Assembly (NCBI GenBank): GCA_009776395.1
Contig: WRNX01000002.1
Coordinates: 1 to 30,031, forward strand
Direction: 5' to 3'
Source of the DNA: Lentimicrobiaceae bacterium
GTDB lineage: Bacteria; Bacteroidota; Bacteroidia; Bacteroidales; WCHB1-69
DNA length: 30,031 bases
Part shown: positions 25,902 to 30,031 of the stretch, in pieces
Layout: the number at the start of each line of letters is the position of its first letter
Numbering within the stretch: the first letter of the stretch is position 1
Made by a program: the position numbers and the translations under genes
Notes under the pieces: generated by a model
What the model saw: the letters and a program-made list of their open reading frames with translations, nothing else
What the model was told of the DNA's origin: nothing
Databases searched by the model: none

Positions 25902-26486
25902 TTAAAATTCATCAACCAAATTACAAATATCCAAAAACACTTTTTCCACAGATTGTATTCCATTTACTTGAAGAAGTTTATTTTGATTTTGGTAATGCGC
26001 AATGAGAGGTTTTGTTTGCGCTTCGTAATTCATAATACGTTGGCGAATCACTTCGGGAGTGTCGTCAGTACGTTTTAGTTCTATTGCTCTTTTTGAAAGT
26101 CGCTCCACAATTATTTTTTCATCTACTTCTATATAAACTGCCATAGATACAGGAATGGTGTGCGGATATTCAATTCCTTCCATCATTTTTGCCTGCTCTA
26201 TAGTGCGCGGCACTCCATCTAAAAGAAAACCTTTTGTTTTTTCACAGGAGATGCAAAATTGGTATAAAAGGTCTAATGTCATTTCATCAGGGCAAAGCAA
26301 TCCCTGTTCAATGAGTTGTTTTGCTTTTAATCCGATGGGAGAACCCGAAGCAATCTCATTACGATAGAGATCCCCCGTGGATACATGTTGCAGGTTGTAT
26401 TTTTGTTTTAACAAGTTTGCCTGTGTTCCTTTTCCGGATCCGGGCGCGCCTAATAAAACAATGTTGAAATAGTTGGATGTTGTCAT
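25902..26486 (-). CDS. adk: Adenylate kinase (short-LID type)
   Basis: GAPGSGKGTQA, HVSTGDL, GFLLDGVPRT, RTDD. Confidence 0.97.
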   Translation of the reverse strand: MTTSNYFNIVLLGAPGSGKGTQANLLKQKYNLQHVSTGDLYRNEIASGSPIGLKAKQLIEQGLLCPDEMTLDLLYQFCISCEKTKGFLLDGVPRTIEQAKMMEGIEYPHTIPVSMAVYIEVDEKIIVERLSKRAIELKRTDDTPEVIRQRIMNYEAQTKPLIAHYQNQNKLLQVNGIQSVEKVFLDICNLVDEF

Positions 26487-26488
26487 AT

Positions 26489-27076
26489 TTAAAATTTTAA
26501 TGAAAGTCCTATTCCGTCTTGATTAGCATTCAAATAAATTGCAGATTGTGCATTAAGGTCTAATAATTTGCCGGCTCTATAAATTTGGTTCCAACCTCTA
26601 ATAATAAAGAACAGGCTGGTAGCGGCAGTAACTCCTCCTGTAATGTAGCATGCAGTTTTTCCGGCGTCGGCATTAACCCAAAACGCACCCATGCAAATTA
26701 TTCCAGTTCCAACAAGGGCTAATCCGGCACCGAGATAGGTATTTCGCGCTGCTTTTCGCAGGTATGCTCCTGCCGTATTTTGATTGTTAAACATATCGGT
26801 GGTAACGGCATCCAACCCTTGAAATTTATACACTTCATAAGGCGTCATTTCACGCGCACAACGTTTTAAGTCTTCTATTAACGATTTTTTTAAGGTAGTG
26901 ATTGCAAATCCATTGTCAATAACTACCGATTCACTGTCTTCGCTAAGCAATTTACAAAAGAGAGTATCCTTTTTTGCATTGTTATCTTCCATATTTAGAA
27001 CAATGTAGTCAATACAATTTTGAGAAAAAAGTTGAAAACTGATGAATAAAAAAGCGATGATTGAGAACTGTTTCAT
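26489..27076 (-). CDS. Hypothetical exported protein with a Gly-rich hydrophobic hairpin and a C-terminal Phe
   Basis: Signal peptide; GAGLALVGTGIICMGAFW / TGGVTAATSLFFII; ends GIGLSLKF. Confidence 0.75.
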   Translation of the reverse strand: MKQFSIIAFLFISFQLFSQNCIDYIVLNMEDNNAKKDTLFCKLLSEDSESVVIDNGFAITTLKKSLIEDLKRCAREMTPYEVYKFQGLDAVTTDMFNNQNTAGAYLRKAARNTYLGAGLALVGTGIICMGAFWVNADAGKTACYITGGVTAATSLFFIIRGWNQIYRAGKLLDLNAQSAIYLNANQDGIGLSLKF

Positions 27077-27203
27077 AATGATTATGGGTTGAATTGTGTA
27101 ACATTGTTTTAACGCTGCAAATAAACATGAAATTGTAATAATGGTAATTTAACCAAAAAAAATATCAAAAAAAAAAAATCTACATTTCTTTTAAATATTT
27201 TAC

Positions 27204-27211
27204 TATATTTG
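27204..27211 (+). promoter_or_regulatory. -7 promoter box upstream of secE-nusG-rplKAJ
   Basis: TATATTTG followed by CCGCCC; 198 nt before the secE ATG. Confidence 0.7.
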
Positions 27212-27409
27212 CCGCCCACAAAAATTGTATATGTACAAATAGGTTTTTGGTGTTGGTTTTATTTGTAATGTGCTTTATATTAGTTGTTTAAAAATAAAGT
27301 TCTGTGTTGGTAATAAATAGTGAGTTGGTAAAAATTGAACCGTTTTCTTCCGAAAATTGATACAATACAGTTTCAAAAATTGATAATAATTAAAAAAAAT
27401 AGTTGAAAG

Positions 27410-27601
27410 ATGAAAAAAGTAGTGAATTATTTTAAGTCAACTTACGATGAGTTGGTTCACAAAGTAACGTGGCCCTCAATGAAAGATCTTCAAAATAGCG
27501 TTATTGTGGTGTCCATTGCTTCCCTTATCATTGCACTCATTGTGTTTTTGATGGACAGTTTCCTTAACGCAGGCATTCATGCCTTATTCCCCGCCATGTA
27601 G
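27410..27601 (+). CDS. secE: Preprotein translocase subunit SecE
   Basis: [10 protein letters not shown] plus one TM helix; upstream of nusG. Confidence 0.95.
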   Translation: MKKVVNYFKSTYDELVHKVTWPSMKDLQNSVIVVSIASLIIALIVFLMDSFLNAGIHALFPAM

Positions 27602-27642
27602 TTTTTCACCTAAATTGGTATTTTATCCATTACACTTTGAAT

Positions 27643-28197
27643 ATGGCAGAAATTGAAAAAAAGTGGTATGTCATTCGTGCCGTTACAGGAACTGAAAAAA
27701 AGGTTAAGTCGAATATCGAAAGTGAGATTCAGTCTTCCTCTTATGTTAGAGATCTCGTAACCCGCGTACTCATCCCCACAGAAAAAATTTACCAAATTCG
27801 CAACGGTAAAAAAGTGAGCAAAGAACGCAATTTCTTTCCTGGGTACGTATTCGTTGAAGCGATTATGACCGCAGAAGTGAAGCATACGTTGCTCATCGTT
27901 CCTGGTGTGCTTGGCTTTGTAGGCTGTAAACGTAAAATAGATGCGCCTATCCCGCTACGCCCCATAGAGGTAACCCGAATGCTTGGTAAAGTAGATGAAT
28001 TGTTAGAACAAGACGCTACTTACGCCACCCCATTCATCGTTGGCGAAGAGATCAAAGTAATTGATGGACCATTCAACACTTTTACCGGTACCATTGAAGA
28101 AGTGAACACCGAAAAAAAGAAACTGAAAGTTATGGTGAAAATTTTTGGTCGTAAAACTCCTCTCGAATTAAGTTTTATGCAAGTTGAAAAAACGTAA
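27643..28197 (+). CDS. nusG: Transcription termination/antitermination factor NusG
   Basis: [18 protein letters not shown] motif [21 protein letters not shown] 27643 preferred to TTG 27637. Confidence 0.98.
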   Translation: MAEIEKKWYVIRAVTGTEKKVKSNIESEIQSSSYVRDLVTRVLIPTEKIYQIRNGKKVSKERNFFPGYVFVEAIMTAEVKHTLLIVPGVLGFVGCKRKIDAPIPLRPIEVTRMLGKVDELLEQDATYATPFIVGEEIKVIDGPFNTFTGTIEEVNTEKKKLKVMVKIFGRKTPLELSFMQVEKT

Positions 28198-28238
28198 TAC
28201 CAATTCTCAAATAGTTACAAACAATTAAAAACAAACCA

Positions 28239-28688
28239 ATGGCAAAAGAAGTAGCTGCACTAATTAAGTTACAAATCAAAGGAGGCGCTGCCAATCCATC
28301 GCCGCCCGTGGGTCCTGCATTAGGCGCCAAAGGGGTGAATATTATGGAGTTTTGTAAACAGTTTAATGCCCGTACCCAAGAACAAGCCGGAAAGGTAGTT
28401 CCCGTCGTTATTACTGTTTATAAAGATAAGTCATTCGACTTTATTACCAAAACCCCGCCGGTTCCGGTTCAATTAATGGAAGTTACCAAAATTCAAAAAG
28501 GCTCGAAAGAACCCAACCGAAACAAAGTGGCTAACGTTACATGGGATCAAGTGCGTACTATTGCTGAATCAAAGATGGTTGACCTAAACTGTTTCACAGT
28601 AGAGGAAGCCATGGGCATGGTTGCCGGAACTGCAAGAAGTATGGGAATTACCGTAAAAGGTGGAACAGATCCCTTTGAACAAAATTAA
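28239..28688 (+). CDS. rplK: 50S ribosomal protein L11
   Basis: [32 protein letters not shown]. Confidence 0.99.
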   Translation: MAKEVAALIKLQIKGGAANPSPPVGPALGAKGVNIMEFCKQFNARTQEQAGKVVPVVITVYKDKSFDFITKTPPVPVQLMEVTKIQKGSKEPNRNKVANVTWDQVRTIAESKMVDLNCFTVEEAMGMVAGTARSMGITVKGGTDPFEQN

Positions 28689-28712
28689 TCATTAAGTAAT
28701 AACAAAATCAAC

Positions 28713-29405
28713 ATGGCAAAAATATCTAAAAAACGCAAAGAAGCTCTTGCCAAATTCGACAAAACAAAAGTATATGCTTTGACTGAAGCGGTGGAAGTAG
28801 TGAAAAATATTACCTATACCAAATTTGATTCTTCTTTCGACATTGACGTCCGCTTGGGCGTAGATCCTCGAAAAGCGAATCAAATGGTTCGTGGTATTGT
28901 TACCCTCCCTCACGGCACCGGAAAAGTTACTCGCGTACTTGCGCTTTGTACACCGGATAAGGAGGAGGAAGCAAAAGCTGCCGGCGCCGACCACGTAGGA
29001 TTAGATGACTACGTTGAAAAAATTAAAAAAGGTTGGACCGAAGTTGATGTAATCATTACTATGCCCAGCGTCATGCCAAAAATTGGAGCGTTAGGAAAAA
29101 TATTAGGTCCCCGCGGCTTAATGCCTAACCCTAAATCCGGTACCGTTACTATGGATATCGGAAAGGCAGTTGCTGAAGTAAAAGCCGGTAAAATTGACTT
29201 TAAAGTTGATAAATACGGCATTATCCATTCCGGAATCGGAAAAATAAACTTTTCTTCCGACAAACTCATTGAAAATGTGAAAGAAATTATGAGTACCATT
29301 ATTAAACTTAAACCTACCGCTGCAAAAGGTACTTATGTGAAAAGTATCTATTTGTCAAGTACCATGAGCCCGGGAGTTCAAGTTGATGTAAAATCTGTAT
29401 CGTAA
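28713..29405 (+). CDS. rplA: 50S ribosomal protein L1
   Basis: [38 protein letters not shown]. Confidence 0.99.
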   Translation: MAKISKKRKEALAKFDKTKVYALTEAVEVVKNITYTKFDSSFDIDVRLGVDPRKANQMVRGIVTLPHGTGKVTRVLALCTPDKEEEAKAAGADHVGLDDYVEKIKKGWTEVDVIITMPSVMPKIGALGKILGPRGLMPNPKSGTVTMDIGKAVAEVKAGKIDFKVDKYGIIHSGIGKINFSSDKLIENVKEIMSTIIKLKPTAAKGTYVKSIYLSSTMSPGVQVDVKSVS

Positions 29406-29428
29406 CCCATTAATGCTAAATTAAACGT

Positions 29429-29944
29429 ATGAAACAAGAAGAAAAAAGTCTGATAATAGACGCAATCGCAAAAGATTTAGCCGATTATCCGCATGTTTAT
29501 ATTACTGATATATCCGGATTTACCGTTGAAACCGTAAATCAATTGAGAAGACAGTGCTACCGTAGAAACATTAAATTAAAAGTGGTGAAAAATACGCTTT
29601 TAAAACGTGCTATGGCACAATCTTCCGTTGATTATTCGGAAATCTACCCCGCCTTGAAAGGCGTATCTTCTATTATGCTTTCTGAAACAGGAAATGCACC
29701 TGCAAAATTAATCAAAGAATTTCGTGCAAAAAACAAAAAACCTTTAGTAAAAGCAGCATTTATAGAAGAATGCACCTATTTTGGCGATGAACTTTTAGAT
29801 TTTCTCTGTGCAATCAAATCCAGAGAAGAACTTATTGGAGAATTAGTAGGATTACTGCAATCTCCTGCACGTAACGTAATCTCCGCCCTCCAATCAGGCG
29901 GTGGAAAGTTGGCAGGAATTGTGAAAACATTATCCGAACGTTAG
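29429..29944 (+). CDS. rplJ: 50S ribosomal protein L10
   Basis: KVVKNTLL, SREEL...LLQSPARNVISAL; follows rplA. Confidence 0.97.
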   Translation: MKQEEKSLIIDAIAKDLADYPHVYITDISGFTVETVNQLRRQCYRRNIKLKVVKNTLLKRAMAQSSVDYSEIYPALKGVSSIMLSETGNAPAKLIKEFRAKNKKPLVKAAFIEECTYFGDELLDFLCAIKSREELIGELVGLLQSPARNVISALQSGGGKLAGIVKTLSER

Positions 29945-30031
29945 TTCAAAATTGAAAATTTAAAAATTTAAAAATTTAAAATTCAAAAAATATTTACATA
30001 TAAATCTTTAAATCTTTAAACCTTAAATCAT
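29945..30031 (+). repeat. Two opposed octamer arrays after rplJ
   Basis: TTCAAAA-TTGAAAAT-TTAAAAAT-TTAAAAAT-TTAAAAT, then TAAATCTT-TAAATCTT-TAAACCT-TAAATCAT at the window end. Confidence 0.8.

Noticed and set aside
28643-28673. Possible L1 autoregulatory site in the 3' end of rplK (GGGA...ACC-GTAAAA-GGT...TCCC)
   Set aside because: It can fold, but the internal loop does not match the L1-binding consensus well (A rather than G after GGGA; wrong 3' loop register). A covariance-model search would be needed.

Overview
AT-rich chromosomal window from an anaerobic member of Bacteroidota, most likely Bacteroidales. The assignment rests on TAnnTTTG promoter boxes at most divergent junctions, SD-less A-rich leaders, a T9SS C-terminal domain, lipoproteins and Bacteroidetes-type PheS. 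Content is mostly housekeeping: cysS (partial), waaA, pheS, tuf, def, ruvX, trxB, rimM, ung, clpX, recX, adk, secE-nusG-rplK-rplA-rplJ and four tRNAs (Pro-CGG, Thr-GGT, Trp-CCA, Thr-CGT). There is also an hndB-hndC-hndD [FeFe]-hydrogenase operon, an OlsF-like two-domain acyltransferase and several envelope proteins of unknown function. Four things stand out. (1) A dispersed family of 7-, 8- and ~9-nt tandem arrays sits at gene boundaries with consistent polarity and also occurs in frame inside a T9SS CTD. (2) The canonical tuf-trnW-secE junction is split by an 11.6 kb block of housekeeping genes. The trnT-tuf-trnW module is bracketed by outward-facing CACAGAG/CGCAAAG arrays, each followed by a gene remnant (an ISAs1-like transposase stub missing from the ORF track, and a doubly truncated T9SS cargo fragment). 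(3) The hydrogenase has bifurcating-type signature residues but no NuoE-like subunit gene on either side. (4) Many genes lack their usual operon partners. No CRISPR array, rRNA, intact transposase or integrase was seen. All family assignments come from motif recognition by eye; no database search was run.
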